A stretch of 64,000 bases of DNA, taken from an uncultured Chloroflexia bacterium. GTDB lineage: Bacteria; Chloroflexota; Limnocylindria; Limnocylindrales; CSP1-4. The position numbers and the translations under genes were made by a program. The notes beneath the pieces were generated by a model, which was given only the letters and a program-made list of their open reading frames with translations, had not been told where the DNA came from and did no database searches. Within the stretch, counting starts at the first letter, position 1; each line of letters starts with the position of its first letter. Below, piece by piece: positions 34,101-43,872 of this stretch. The stretch lies in assembly GCA_963741915.1 (NCBI GenBank), contig CAVUJW010000013.1, forward strand, positions 651,791-715,790, written 5' to 3'.

Positions 34101-34711
34101 GGCGCCCGGAAGCGCCCGGACGGGTCCGTCGTGACCTCGAACGCGCCGGCGTCGCCCGCGATGGCGACCGCGGCCCCGGGGACGCCCGTCCCGTCCGGCA
34201 GCGCGACCGTCCCGATCAGGCCGTCATCCGAATTGCCGACCACGGCCAGGATCGGCAGCGGTGGCTGGGACGAGAAGAGCCGAAGCATCGAGAGGACGGC
34301 ATCGGGGCCCCGCAGCCGCTCCACGCGCACCTCCAGGGTCCCGTCGCCGATCACGTCCGGCGGGATGGCGACGCGCACGACCGTCGCCGTGCCCTGCCGG
34401 AGCTCGATCGGCGGGTGCAGGTCGCGCCCCCGCGAGGTCACCCGCTGCATGCGCTCGACACCGCGCTCGCACACGAAGGCGGCCTCGAGCTCGTAGGCGG
34501 CGCTCGGGTCCAGGTCGGGAAACCGGGCCTCGATCGCCTCCGGAGCCCAGCCCGTGAAGCGAAGGCTGTCGTCGGGCAGGGTCGCGACCTCGACGTCGGC
34601 GGCCTCGATGCGACGCTTCGTGGTGGTGAGGACATGGGGGGCCTGGAGCTCCAGGCCGCACTGCTCCAGGGCCACGAGGTAGGGCGTGGGACGGGCGCCC
34701 GTCCGCGTCAT
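31139..34711 (-). CDS. GH2-family glycosidase (1190 aa) with an N-terminal carboxypeptidase-regulatory-like segment
   Basis: In-frame ATG 34711 (ATGA overlap with the upstream stop) in ORF 31139-35143. LLVNGAPLRIRGVNRHD, IIAWDLANES. 23-nt convergent overlap with 30043-31161. Confidence 0.8.
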   Translation of the reverse strand: MTRTGARPTPYLVALEQCGLELQAPHVLTTTKRRIEAADVEVATLPDDSLRFTGWAPEAIEARFPDLDPSAAYELEAAFVCERGVERMQRVTSRGRDLHPPIELRQGTATVVRVAIPPDVIGDGTLEVRVERLRGPDAVLSMLRLFSSQPPLPILAVVGNSDDGLIGTVALPDGTGVPGAAVAIAGDAGAFEVTTDPSGRFRAPLERLGRGREGTIRIATGEEPRVVELTLDTRHLARGLRELPPASDRLNLAGEWRYHGGPFRGHAGPGLETAPARVPGHVIYDRLVPEAGVGTLHRSFALPSGWAARAVFLRCDGAYGRADVRVNGELAGVHGSGATSFDLDLTPFVRPGRNELAVTLTEYTPHAVLDDMSWYAHMSLLGIWRDILVFAAPMLQLGQLDLDADWDPGARTGTLTVRAEAINLDPADHGYTIEVILRDPDGRVLHRSGRRGTVAAGVAVTDVLATDPLAVVPWSAEEPRLYDLEVRLGADGAASQAVHRRVGFRRVEARGDQLLVNGAPLRIRGVNRHDSRILKGRALSADDMRDDVVNLRRANVNVIRTSHYPPSPHLLDACDEIGMYVFEQPPICFSGGFDDHHWTRTNEAAQLTPYVLEVTAETIHRDRGRCSIIAWDLANESRWGSAFDAQLALARSMDPTRPTTFSFDLNELGDENPLVRKPAAQRPELRSYHYPGWDRTWQEDLAWLGSYDQPVVLDEYAPLFAPSLRGPGEGYGLAIDPGIRDYWGAGYQPFIEAALADHGVIGGLIWAGFGEVFAIPLDLTIGEGPWAHLPAGDYVRTRDQYPSEPGVFRRGDGDWGMFDAWNRPRPELWHVHQMYSPIRVATAGLDDTGERLDLALVNRFSHRSLEGIDVRVSGGRVEGGAGLPSARPGESAQLTVHRVAPSATVRVELWHPEGWLIDGYQWDWPGAAPSPQAAVQDRAVPLDLDLTEPGSLNVSGADRRWLRGWPEVHVIDVDMPHVPVPTPRTDGGHVIGLGPGAVRAPLVGWDWQGSITARMEDRTVVFEYEATYLGRRSFRAKEVGLSVRPSRELTDLWWRRIGEWTVYPASHIGRTSGYAVGSPGATATLHPAEAWEEDATAAGSNDYRSAKRRILVAGATDGEHSLTVVSDGTQHVRAELLDGLPVLHVLDWYGGVRTLDGNHPIWSAYLGSGLPITTGTTLRGRVVVSAGARL

Positions 34712-35664
34712 CTGGACCCTCCGGGAGCTGGCCCAACCTCCACCGGCGCCCGCGTGATCCAGGGGCCCAGCTCCGTGCTGTCGACGATGTCCTCCACGAC
34801 CCGGCGCTGCGCCGCGTCGTAGGGCTCGATCCCGGGGCTCGGCTCGCCGGCATTCCAGCCCGCCGCGCGCATCGCGCACTTCACGCCCGCCAGCCAGTGG
34901 CCCCGCTCGAAGACCGCGGCGAGCCCCCCGATCGCGGCCTGGAGCGCGTGCGTCTCCGAACGAGGTCGCCCATCGCGGATCGACGCGGCGAGCGCCTGGA
35001 GCAGCCGCGGCGCGAGATTGGCCAGCGCCGAGATGAGCCCATCGGCACCGGACCACAGCGAGACCGCGGCCAGCCGTTCCCGGCCCTGCAGCACCCGGAA
35101 GTCGTCCGAGCGCGCCGCGAGGAAGTCGTCGAACGTGGTCCACTCGCCCGACGAGTCCTTGATGCCCAGGATCCGGGGGTGGTCCGCGAGCGCACGCACG
35201 ACCCCAGGCGTGATCGGGCAGTGGGTGTGCTGCGGGATGTTGTACAGGATGATCGGGGCCGGGGCCCGCTCCGCGACGCGGACGAAGTGCTCGACGAGGC
35301 GAGCCTCCGAGGTGACCGGAAAGTAGAACGGCGTGGTGACCACGAGGAACGCCGCCCCAGCCTCGCCGAGCCGGTCCGCGCGGTCGAGCGTCCGGACCAG
35401 GCCCGTGTCGCCGACGCCCACGTAGACGGGAATGCGGCCCGCCACCTGGTCCACGGCCACGCGGGCAACCCGGACGGCGACCTCGTCGCGCAGCCAGGCG
35501 AGCTCGCCCGTGGACCCCAGGACGAACAGTCCGTCGAGGTCCGGGACGAGGGCGTCGACCAGGTCGCGCAGCACTGCCTCATCGAGCGAGCCCGCGGCCG
35601 TCAGCGGCGTCACCAGCGGGCAGACGATGCCGCGGGGTCGGGGAGTGGCCACTGTCCCGGTCAT
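34708..35664 (-). CDS. DapA/NanA-family class I aldolase-type lyase (2-keto-3-deoxy-sugar-acid type likely)
   Basis: ATG 35664 (ATGA overlap) in ORF 34708-36699. VLGSTGELAWL, ILYNIP, GIKDSSG. Confidence 0.8.
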   Translation of the reverse strand: MTGTVATPRPRGIVCPLVTPLTAAGSLDEAVLRDLVDALVPDLDGLFVLGSTGELAWLRDEVAVRVARVAVDQVAGRIPVYVGVGDTGLVRTLDRADRLGEAGAAFLVVTTPFYFPVTSEARLVEHFVRVAERAPAPIILYNIPQHTHCPITPGVVRALADHPRILGIKDSSGEWTTFDDFLAARSDDFRVLQGRERLAAVSLWSGADGLISALANLAPRLLQALAASIRDGRPRSETHALQAAIGGLAAVFERGHWLAGVKCAMRAAGWNAGEPSPGIEPYDAAQRRVVEDIVDSTELGPWITRAPVEVGPAPGGSR

Positions 35665-36671
35665 GACACCACCGGGACGAGGATCCGCTTCGTCGCGCCC
35701 GCGTCGCGGCGGAGGAGCGCCGGACCGGCCTCCAGCGGGGCGAGCTCGACGCGGCGCCGGGACCGGGCGAGCTCGCCGGTCTCGATCGCCCGGGCGGCGG
35801 CGACGAAGTCCGCGCGACGGTGGCTCACCGACCCGGAGATCGTCACCTCGCGAACGACGATGTCCAGGAGGTCGAGCGAGGTCGGGGTGGGATGGCCGCC
35901 GAGGACGACGACGTGGCCGCCCCGACGCGACGCCGCGATCGCCGCCCTGATCGCCTCGGCGGTGCCGGCGGTCTCGAACACGACGTCCGCGTCCACGTCC
36001 CGCGCCTTCGCCGGCCTCAGCGAGGCCGTCGCCCCGGCGTCCCGCGCGGTCTTGGCCGCCGCCTCCGACCGAGTCATCACGATCACCTCCCGTGCGCCGG
36101 CCCGGACCGCGGCCTCGACCATGCACAGGCCGAGCGAGCCGATCCCGACGATCGCGACCCGCCGTCCGACGAGCTGCGCCTGGTGCGCGCCGTGGAGGGC
36201 AACCGCGAAGGGTTCGACGAGAACCGCTCGATCGAGCGCGACCTCCGCGGCAATCGGCACGCACGCGCTCGCCTCGACGACGAGCGCCTCCGCCATGCCG
36301 CCATCGACGCTCATGCCGAGGGCGACCATCGAGGGGCAGCGGTTGGCGTGGCCCGTCGTGCACTCGGGACACCGCCTGCACGGCTGGGACGGCCATGGCA
36401 CCACCCGCTGGCCGACGGCCGGCCCGGCCCGGGGACCGGCCTCGGCCACGATCGCGACGATCTCGTGGCCCAGGGTGATCGGCGCGGAGCGGCCGCTCAC
36501 CGGGTGCGGGGCGACCGGGACGGTGATCGGCCCCAGCCGGACCTCGTCCACGTCCGTCCCGCAGATCCCGGTCGCCTCGACCCGGAGGAGCACCTGGGCG
36601 CCTGTCGGGACCGGCGTCGGCACGACGTCGAGCCTCACGTCGTCGCGGCCATGCCAGCGAACGGCTCTCAT
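35661..36671 (-). CDS. Zn-dependent MDR dehydrogenase (sorbitol/threonine dehydrogenase-like)
   Basis: ORF 35661-36680. ATG 36671 lies 8 nt after GGGAGG. GICGTDV, GHEIV, CRRCPECTTGHANRC. Confidence 0.85.
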   Translation of the reverse strand: MRAVRWHGRDDVRLDVVPTPVPTGAQVLLRVEATGICGTDVDEVRLGPITVPVAPHPVSGRSAPITLGHEIVAIVAEAGPRAGPAVGQRVVPWPSQPCRRCPECTTGHANRCPSMVALGMSVDGGMAEALVVEASACVPIAAEVALDRAVLVEPFAVALHGAHQAQLVGRRVAIVGIGSLGLCMVEAAVRAGAREVIVMTRSEAAAKTARDAGATASLRPAKARDVDADVVFETAGTAEAIRAAIAASRRGGHVVVLGGHPTPTSLDLLDIVVREVTISGSVSHRRADFVAAARAIETGELARSRRRVELAPLEAGPALLRRDAGATKRILVPVVS

Positions 36672-36877
36672 GCCCCGCACCTCCCGGCGATGGTGTCAAG
36701 ATCGCACACGTCTGCGGCGCCGATCCGGCCCAAGCGGTCCTGCGCGGCGGGGACGAGGGAAGGCCGGCTCGCGGTCATCTGGCATATCATACGACTAATT
36801 GGTGGACCGTCGTGAGCGCGTGGTCGGCGGGTGCAGACCCCTTCGGGCGGGCCGGCGGCATCGAGGAGGCCAGGGAC

Positions 36878-38629
36878 ATGGCGGGAAACGGTCGGGCACC
36901 CGTGCGCGACGGTCGGGCGGCCCTGCGCAGCGAGTCGTGGTGGGATGCCGGGGACCTGGATCTGATCGGCCATCGATCCCAGTTCCGGATGCAGGGCTAC
37001 CCGGAGGAGACGTTCACCGGCCGGCCGATCATCGGCATCCTGAACAGCTGGAGCGAGGTCGCCGGCTGCAACGCGCACCTGCGCGACCTCGCGGAGCACG
37101 TCAAGCGGGGCGTCCTGCGGGCGGGAGGGTTCCCGGTCGAGGTTCCCGTGATCTCGCTCGGGGAGCCGATCATCAAGCCCACGGCGATGCTCTATCGGAA
37201 CCTGGCGGCGATGACCGTCGAGGAGCTGATCCGGGGCAATCCGCTCGATGGCGTCGTCCTCCTGGCGAGCTGCGACAAGACGATCCCGGCGGGCCTCATG
37301 GGGGCCGCGAGCGTCGACGTGCCGGCGCTCATGGTGACGGGTGGCCCGATGCTCAGCGGCCGGTTCCGGAACGAGCACGTCGGCGCCTGCACGGACTGCT
37401 GGCGACTCCACGACGAGCTTCGAGCGGAGCAGATCACCCAGGGGGACTGGGACGAGTTCGAGGCCGGGATGTGCCGGAGCGACGGGCACTGCTCGCCGAT
37501 GGGAACCGCGTCGACGATGGCGTGCATGACCGAGGCGCTCGGCATGGCGCCCGGCGGCAGCGCAGCGATCCCCGCGGTCGATGCTCGCCGCCGCCAGGTG
37601 GCCGAACGCGCCGGAGCGCAGATCATGGACCTCGTCGCGGCGGGGACGAGGCCGTCGGACATCATGACCCGGGACGCCTTCGAGAACGCGATCCGCACCC
37701 TGCACGCGATCGGCGGCTCGACGAATGCCGTGATCCACCTGATCGCGATCGCGGGCCGCCTGGGCGTCGACCTCCCGCTCGACCTGTTCGACGACCTCGC
37801 GGCGTCGACGCCGCTGCTCGTGGACATCAAGCCCTCCGGCCGGTACCTGATGGAGGACTTCTACTACGCGGGCGGCCTGCCGGCGGTCCACGCCCAGCTT
37901 GCCGACCTGCTCCATCTCGACGCACGGACCGTGACCGGGCGAACCATCGGCGAGGCGATCGCCGGGGCCTCGATCATCAACGACGACGTCATCCGGCCCC
38001 GCGACCGTGCCATCCATGCCGGTGGCAGCCTGGCCATCCTGCGCGGCAGCCTGTGCCCCGACGGGGCGGTGCTCAAGGTGTCGGCAGCGACCGACCGGCT
38101 GCTGCAGCACGAGGGGCGCGCGATCGTGTTCGATGGCGTCGACGAGCTCCATGCGACGATCGATGACCCCTCGCTCGAGATCACGCCCGACGACGTCCTC
38201 GTCCTGCGGAACGCCGGACCGGTCGGCGCGCCGGGCATGCCCGAGGTGGGTCACCTCCCGCTGCCCGCGTACCTCCTCCGGCGGGGCGTCAGGGACATGG
38301 TCCGGATCAGCGACGCGCGGATGAGCGGCACGGGCTTCGGTACGGTCATCCTCCACGTCGCCCCGGAGGCAGCCGTCGGCGGGCCGCTCGCGCTGGTGCG
38401 GACCGGCGACCGGATCCGCCTGGACACCGCCGGACGCCGCCTCGAGCTGCTGGTCGACGTCGAGGAGCTCGAGGCTCGCCGGCGGGCGTGGGTGCCGCGG
38501 CCATCCGGCGACGTGCGCGGGTACCGGCAGCTGTACGTGCGGACCGTCCTGCAGGCCGATCGCGGCTGCGACCTGGACTTCCTCGTCGGGAGCTCAGCCC
38601 CCGTCTGGGCGGGGATCACCCACGGATGA
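36878..38629 (+). CDS. IlvD/Edd-family dehydratase (sugar-acid dehydratase type likely)
   Basis: ATG 36878 after GGAGG in ORF 36812-38629. LLASCDKTIPAGLMGAA, CRSDGHCSPMGTASTM. Confidence 0.85.
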   Translation: MAGNGRAPVRDGRAALRSESWWDAGDLDLIGHRSQFRMQGYPEETFTGRPIIGILNSWSEVAGCNAHLRDLAEHVKRGVLRAGGFPVEVPVISLGEPIIKPTAMLYRNLAAMTVEELIRGNPLDGVVLLASCDKTIPAGLMGAASVDVPALMVTGGPMLSGRFRNEHVGACTDCWRLHDELRAEQITQGDWDEFEAGMCRSDGHCSPMGTASTMACMTEALGMAPGGSAAIPAVDARRRQVAERAGAQIMDLVAAGTRPSDIMTRDAFENAIRTLHAIGGSTNAVIHLIAIAGRLGVDLPLDLFDDLAASTPLLVDIKPSGRYLMEDFYYAGGLPAVHAQLADLLHLDARTVTGRTIGEAIAGASIINDDVIRPRDRAIHAGGSLAILRGSLCPDGAVLKVSAATDRLLQHEGRAIVFDGVDELHATIDDPSLEITPDDVLVLRNAGPVGAPGMPEVGHLPLPAYLLRRGVRDMVRISDARMSGTGFGTVILHVAPEAAVGGPLALVRTGDRIRLDTAGRRLELLVDVEELEARRRAWVPRPSGDVRGYRQLYVRTVLQADRGCDLDFLVGSSAPVWAGITHG

Positions 38630-39359
38630 ATGGCCGGGAGGGGGCGTTCTCGGGACCCGACGGATGGTCCAGGCTCAGCTCCGACTGGGTGACCAGCCGC
38701 TCCATGGCCGCACCCGCGCCGTCCGGATCGCGCGCGACGACCGCCTCGAGGACCTCCCGGTGCGGGCCGATGCTGTACTCGAGGAAGTCGGGCCACTCCC
38801 AGCCATGGCGCGTGGCGACGCGCAGGCCAGCCCGGAGCGCGGGCCCGAACGCCGCCACGAGCTGGACGAGATGGTCGTTGTGGGTCGCCGCGACGAGCAT
38901 GGCGTGGTAGCGGATGTCCGCCTCCAGGTAGGTGGCCTCGTCGGCGGCGCCGGCCATCGCCGCGAACGGGGCCTGGATCGCAGCCAGCTCGTCCGCCGTG
39001 GCCCGCTGCGCTGCGAGGCGCGCGGCCGCCGGCTCGATGATCTTGCGCACCTCGAACATGCTCCGAACGAAATCCGGGTCGAGCCCGTCGTCCGTCAGCC
39101 AGCCGAGCACATCGGGGTCGAGAAGACGCCACTCCGCTCGGGGCAGGACCACGGTCCCGCGCTTGGATCTCGACTCGACCAGGCCCTTGGCGGCCAGCAC
39201 CTTGGTCGCCTCCCTGACGACCGTTCGGCTGACCCCGAGCCTGCGGCTGAGCTCCCCCTGCTCCGGGAGGATGTCGCCCGGGGCGAGCTCCCCGCGGACG
39301 ATCCGTCGCCCGATGCCCTGGACCACGCCCGCGTGGATGCCGTGCGGCCGCCCGCTCAT
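38616..39359 (-). CDS. GntR-family regulator, FadR subfamily (FCD domain)
   Basis: ORF 38616-39359. ELSRRLGVSRTVVREATKVLAAKGLV. 14-nt convergent overlap with 36878-38629. Confidence 0.85.
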   Translation of the reverse strand: MSGRPHGIHAGVVQGIGRRIVRGELAPGDILPEQGELSRRLGVSRTVVREATKVLAAKGLVESRSKRGTVVLPRAEWRLLDPDVLGWLTDDGLDPDFVRSMFEVRKIIEPAAARLAAQRATADELAAIQAPFAAMAGAADEATYLEADIRYHAMLVAATHNDHLVQLVAAFGPALRAGLRVATRHGWEWPDFLEYSIGPHREVLEAVVARDPDGAGAAMERLVTQSELSLDHPSGPENAPSRPFIRG

Positions 39360-39424
39360 GCGCTCGACCGGCCGAGGGCGAACGCTGCCCTTGCCTTCTG
39401 GGGCCGCGGGTCGAGACTTGGTCG

Positions 39425-39454
39425 TTGACTCAGGCGGTTCAACTTTGGTTCAAT
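39425..39454 (+). promoter_or_regulatory. GGTTCA-repeat promoter module, copy upstream of the ABC permease genes
   Basis: TTGACT-caggc-GGTTCA-acttt-GGTTCAAT. About 155 nt upstream of ATG 39609. Confidence 0.5.
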
Positions 39455-39608
39455 GGGCCTGACGCCGAGGGTCCCGGACGGGCCTGGAGATCCATCGTTG
39501 GAGGTTGATGTTGGTGGTTCCAGGACCCGAGCATACCCCTCGGCGTGACGTCCCCGACCGTCGATCCGGTGCACCGTCGCCTGGAGCGCCGATGGGTGCG
39601 GCGCGATC

Positions 39609-40604
39609 ATGACCGCGATCGGCGGGGCCTCAGCGCCACTCCCCCAGGGCGCCGCCCGGCGCACGCGCTGGTCACGACTGAAGCTGTCCCGGGCCGAGCG
39701 GAAGGGGCTGCGCACCGGCCTCCTGTTCATCTCGCCGTGGATGCTGGGGTTCCTCGCCTTCAACCTCTACCCGGCCCTGGCGTCGCTCTACTACAGCTTC
39801 ACGAACTTCAAGATCCTCCAGTCCCCACGCTGGATCGGGCTCGACAACTACGCGGCGCTCGTCAAGGATCCCCTGTTCTGGAAGTCGCTGGGCAATACCC
39901 TCTACATGACGCTTGTCGGCGTTCCGCTCGCGGTCGTCGTGGCCCTCGGTGTCGCGCTCCTGCTCAACAACAAGGGCGTCCGGGGGCTCGGGTTCTTCCG
40001 AACCGTGTTCTACCTGCCGGTCGTGATCCCATCGGTGGCGGCGGCGCTGCTGTGGATCTTCCTGCTCAACCCGTCGAACGGACTCCTCAACCAGAGCCTG
40101 GGGCTCGTGGGCGTCGACGGACCGGGCTGGTTCTTCGACCCATCGTGGGCCAAGAACGGGCTCATCCTGCTGACGGTGTGGACGGCGGGCGACGTCGTGA
40201 TCATCTACCTCAGCGCCCTCCAGGGCGTGAGTCGTACGTTGTACGAAGCCGCCGACGTCGACGGCGCCGGGTCGTGGGTGAAGCTGCGCCACGTGACGAT
40301 CCCGATGATCAGCCCGGCGATCCTGTTCAACCTGATCACCGGCGCGATCGCGGCCTTCCAGGCGTTCACCCAGGCCTTCGTGATCGGCAACGGCGTTTCG
40401 CGGTCGACCAACGACGCGTCGATCGGCGGCGTCCAGAACTCGATGCTGCTGTACGGCCTCAATCTCTACAACGTCGCGTTCCGGTACTTCCAGATGGGCT
40501 ACGGGTCGGCCCTCGCCTGGTTCCTCCTGGTGACCATCCTGCTGGCGACGGTCGTGCTGCTGCGCGTCTCGCGAAACCGCGTCTACTACGAGAGCTCACG
40601 ATGA
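39609..40604 (+). CDS. CUT1 ABC sugar transporter permease (MalF/UgpA-like)
   Basis: ORF 39609-40604. EAADVDGAGSWVKLRHVTIP EAA loop. Confidence 0.9.
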   Translation: MTAIGGASAPLPQGAARRTRWSRLKLSRAERKGLRTGLLFISPWMLGFLAFNLYPALASLYYSFTNFKILQSPRWIGLDNYAALVKDPLFWKSLGNTLYMTLVGVPLAVVVALGVALLLNNKGVRGLGFFRTVFYLPVVIPSVAAALLWIFLLNPSNGLLNQSLGLVGVDGPGWFFDPSWAKNGLILLTVWTAGDVVIIYLSALQGVSRTLYEAADVDGAGSWVKLRHVTIPMISPAILFNLITGAIAAFQAFTQAFVIGNGVSRSTNDASIGGVQNSMLLYGLNLYNVAFRYFQMGYGSALAWFLLVTILLATVVLLRVSRNRVYYESSR

Positions 40605-41479
40605 CCGCCCTCGCGACGCAGCGGCCGATGGAGTCGCGGGCCGCGGGCCGCCGCTGGAGCCGGATCCTGGCGGAGGGCGCACCGATGGTGGTGCTCATCC
40701 TGCTCGCGGCGTTGTACCTGCTGCCGTTCGTCTGGATGATCACCACCTCGTTCAAGACCCAGCCGCAGTCGATCGCCGCCCCGCCAGTGATGTTTCCGAA
40801 CCCGCCCACGTTGTCGGCGTTCCCCGACTCGCTCTCGCTGATGAACTTCCCGCTGGCCCTGCGGAACACGCTGCTCTACGCGGTGCCGGCGGTCATCGGC
40901 ACGCTCATCTCGTGCAGCCTGGTTGGCTACGGGTTCGCCCTCGTCAGGTGGCGGGGCCGCGACATCGTGTTCCTGATCGTGCTCGCGACGATGATGCTGC
41001 CGACCCAGGTGACCTTCATCCCGCTGTACGTCATCTACGCCAAGCTGGGGTGGGTCAACACCTTCCTGCCGCTGGTCGTTCCGACGTTCCTCGGCAGCCC
41101 GTTCTTCATCTTCCTCCTGCGGCAGTTCTTCCTGGGGATCCCGAACGACCTCCTGGATGCCGCGCGGATCGACGGCGCGAGCGAGCTCCGGATCCTGACC
41201 CGGATCGTGGTGCCGCTGTCCAAGCCGGCCCTGATCACCGTCGGCCTGCTCACGTTCATCGACAAGTGGAACGATTTCTACGGCCCCCTGATCTACCTCC
41301 AGAAGCCGGAGCTCCGCCCCCTGTCCGTGGCACTCCAGGTGTTCCAGACGGCCCACAGCACCGAATGGCCCCGCCTGATGGCTGCCTCCGTGATCATCGC
41401 GGTGCCGCTGGTGGTGATCTACTTCCTGGCCCAGCGCTGGTTCATCGAAGGGATCACGCTCACCGGGTCGAAGGGTTGA
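40601..41479 (+). CDS. CUT1 ABC sugar transporter permease (MalG/UgpE-like)
   Basis: ATG 40601 (ATGA overlap) in the frame of ORF 39545-41479. DAARIDGASELRILTRIVVPL EAA loop. Confidence 0.9.
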   Translation: MTALATQRPMESRAAGRRWSRILAEGAPMVVLILLAALYLLPFVWMITTSFKTQPQSIAAPPVMFPNPPTLSAFPDSLSLMNFPLALRNTLLYAVPAVIGTLISCSLVGYGFALVRWRGRDIVFLIVLATMMLPTQVTFIPLYVIYAKLGWVNTFLPLVVPTFLGSPFFIFLLRQFFLGIPNDLLDAARIDGASELRILTRIVVPLSKPALITVGLLTFIDKWNDFYGPLIYLQKPELRPLSVALQVFQTAHSTEWPRLMAASVIIAVPLVVIYFLAQRWFIEGITLTGSKG

Positions 41480-41485
41480 CGCGAG

Positions 41486-42427
41486 GTGGCGCTGACCCGC
41501 CAGGAGCTGGCGTCGCTGCTCTCGTTCCGGGAACCGGGGATCGCGCTCGTCGCGACCGAGACCGGGCTGCGGGACGGGTTCGCCGTCGAGCGACTGGAGC
41601 TCGAGGTCGAGGGCGCCGGCAGGGTCCGGGCCTTCCTGACCCGGCCCGCGCTCGCCGACGGTCCCGCTCCGGCGATCCTCTACGGCCACTCCCACGGCGG
41701 GCGGCACGAGATCGGGGCGAGCGAGCTGCTGGACGGACGGTCGTACCTCCTGAGTCCCTTCGGCCCGCTCCTGGCGCGGGCCGGCTACGTCACGCTGTGC
41801 ATGGACATGCCGACGTTCGGGGACCGGCGCCGGGTCGAGGAGAGCGCCGCCGCCAAGGCGCACATCTGGTACGGCACCTCGCTGATCGGCCAGATGATCT
41901 CGGAGCAGGCCGCCGCGCTGACCTACCTCGTGTCGCGCGACGACGTGGACGGCCGGCGCATCGGTGCCTTCGGGATCTCGCTCGGATCCACGCTCGCCTA
42001 CTGGCACGCAGCCCTCGACCCGCGCATCCGGGCGGTCGCCCACCTGTGCTGCTATGCGGATTACGCCACGCTGGTCGAGCTGGGCGCCCACGACAACCAC
42101 GGCATCTACCTGCTCGTGCCGGGGCTGCTGCGGCACACATCGACGGGGGAGATCGCCGGTCTGGTCGCGCCCCGCCCGCAGCTCATCTGCCTCGGCGAGG
42201 ACGACGAGCTCACGCCGCCGCCGAGCATCGAGCGAGCCCTGGCCGTGACCCGCCCGATGTACGAGGAGGCGGGAGCGTCGGGCGCCCTCGAGATCCTCGT
42301 GCAGCCGGGCGTCGATCATCGCGAGACGCCCGAGATGCACGAGCGGGTCATGGAGTTCTTCCGGCGCGAGCTCCGTCCCATCCCGCTAGCCGAGGCCGGC
42401 CCCGTGGGGCGTGCGTCGGGCAGGTGA
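41486..42427 (+). CDS. Alpha/beta hydrolase (esterase / dienelactone-hydrolase-like)
   Basis: ORF 41486-42427. GISLGS nucleophile elbow. Confidence 0.65.
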   Translation: MALTRQELASLLSFREPGIALVATETGLRDGFAVERLELEVEGAGRVRAFLTRPALADGPAPAILYGHSHGGRHEIGASELLDGRSYLLSPFGPLLARAGYVTLCMDMPTFGDRRRVEESAAAKAHIWYGTSLIGQMISEQAAALTYLVSRDDVDGRRIGAFGISLGSTLAYWHAALDPRIRAVAHLCCYADYATLVELGAHDNHGIYLLVPGLLRHTSTGEIAGLVAPRPQLICLGEDDELTPPPSIERALAVTRPMYEEAGASGALEILVQPGVDHRETPEMHERVMEFFRRELRPIPLAEAGPVGRASGR

Positions 42428-43714
42428 GGTACGCGATCGTCGGAACGGGCTCGCGGCATGCGATGTATCGCGAGGCCCTGGTCGAGCACCCGGTGCACGC
42501 CTCGAACCGGCTCGTGGCGCTGTGCGACGTCAACGAGCTCCGGCTGGAGCGCTCGGCAGCGCAGCTTCCCGGCGAGGAGGCTGGCGCCGTCGGCCGCTAC
42601 CGCGCCGACGAGTTCGACCGGATGGTCGCCGAGCGGCGCCCCGACGTGATCATCGTCACGACGCCCGACTACCTGCACGACGCACTACATCGTCCGGGCC
42701 CTGCAGGCCGGCTGCGACGTGATCACCGAGAAGCCGATGACGATCGACCTCGCCAGGCTGAAGCGGATCGTCGACGCCCAGCGCGAGACGGGACGGTCCG
42801 TCACGGTGACGTTCAACTACCGCTACAACCCCGCCCACACCCAGCTCAAGGACATCCTCGCGTCGGGCGGCATCGGCGAGATCACCGCGGTGGACTTCCG
42901 GTGGCACCTGGACCGCGTGCACGGGGCCGACTACTTCCGGCGCTGGCATCGCGAGAAGGGCCGGTCGGGCGGCCTGCTGGTGCACAAGGCAACCCATCAC
43001 TTCGATCTCGTCAACTGGTGGATCGCGTCCCGCCCGGCATCGGTCACCGCGCTGGGCTCCCGTCGCTTCTACCGTCCGGAGACGGCCGAGTCGCTCGGCC
43101 TGGGTGGACATGGCGATCGGTGTCACGGCGTGCCCGGTCGCGACCGCTGCGAGTACCGGCTCGATCTCGAGGCCGACGCCGAGCTCAGGTCGCTCTACCT
43201 CGACGCCGAGGCCGGCGACGGGTATATCCGTGACCGCTGCGTCTTCTCGAGCGACATCAGCATCGAGGACACGATGCAGGTGCAGGTGTCCTACACGAAC
43301 GGCGTCTCGATGAACTACACCCTGTGCGCCTACAGCCCCTGGGAGGGCTACGAGATCGTGTTCTACGGCACCGAGGGCGAGCTCAACCACCGCCACGTGG
43401 GCGTGCACGGCATCTACGGCGGGACACGGCACGAGGCGGACAATTCCGCAACGAACACGCTGCTCCACCGGCACGGCGAGGCACCGACGCAGCTGGACGT
43501 CTGGAGCGGCGAGGGCGATCACGGCGGGGGAGACCCGGTCATGCTCGACTACCTCCTGAACCCGGCCGCGGGACGCGACCCCTGGGAGCGCCGGTCCAGC
43601 CACGTCGACGGGGCATGGTCGATCCTGACCGGCATCGCCGCCAACGCGTCCATGGATCGCGGGCAGACCGTGCAGATCACGGACCTGCTCGACGCCGAGG
43701 GCATCCGCCTCTAG
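42424..43714 (+). pseudogene. Gfo/Idh/MocA-family oxidoreductase with one frame break
   Basis: GTG 42424 (GTGA overlap). VRYAIVGTGSRH..IIVTTPDYLHD lies in the ORF 40912-43233 frame. HYIVRALQAGCDVITEKPM.. continues in the ORF 42719-43714 frame. The join is at about 42682. Confidence 0.75.
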
Positions 43715-43751
43715 GCCCGGCCGCGGGGAGCGGGCCGCCTGGGTCCTCTTG

Positions 43752-43774
43752 ATGTGTGATACATTACACATGTG
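43752..43774. promoter_or_regulatory. AT-rich imperfect palindrome (candidate operator)
   Basis: ATGTGTGATACATTACACATGTG: ATGTGT/ACACAT arms 8 nt apart, plus an overlapping CACATGTG palindrome. It is the only AT-rich patch in the 43715-43872 spacer. Confidence 0.35.
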
Positions 43775-43872
43775 AGGCGTCCTGATCCGTTCCCGCTGGA
43801 CGCGCCCGAGGAACGTGCCGAGGTGGGCCGAATCCTCGCCTGCTGGGACCATGCCGCCGGGAGCGCCGTGGC

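Noticed and set aside
39425-39454. Reading the GGTTCA module on the opposite strand as an ECF-sigma promoter (TGAACC-N17-GTCAA)
   Set aside because: In that orientation the six copies would fire away from, or antisense to, the adjacent genes. In the adopted orientation all six point at a gene, and two of them end 6 nt before its start codon.
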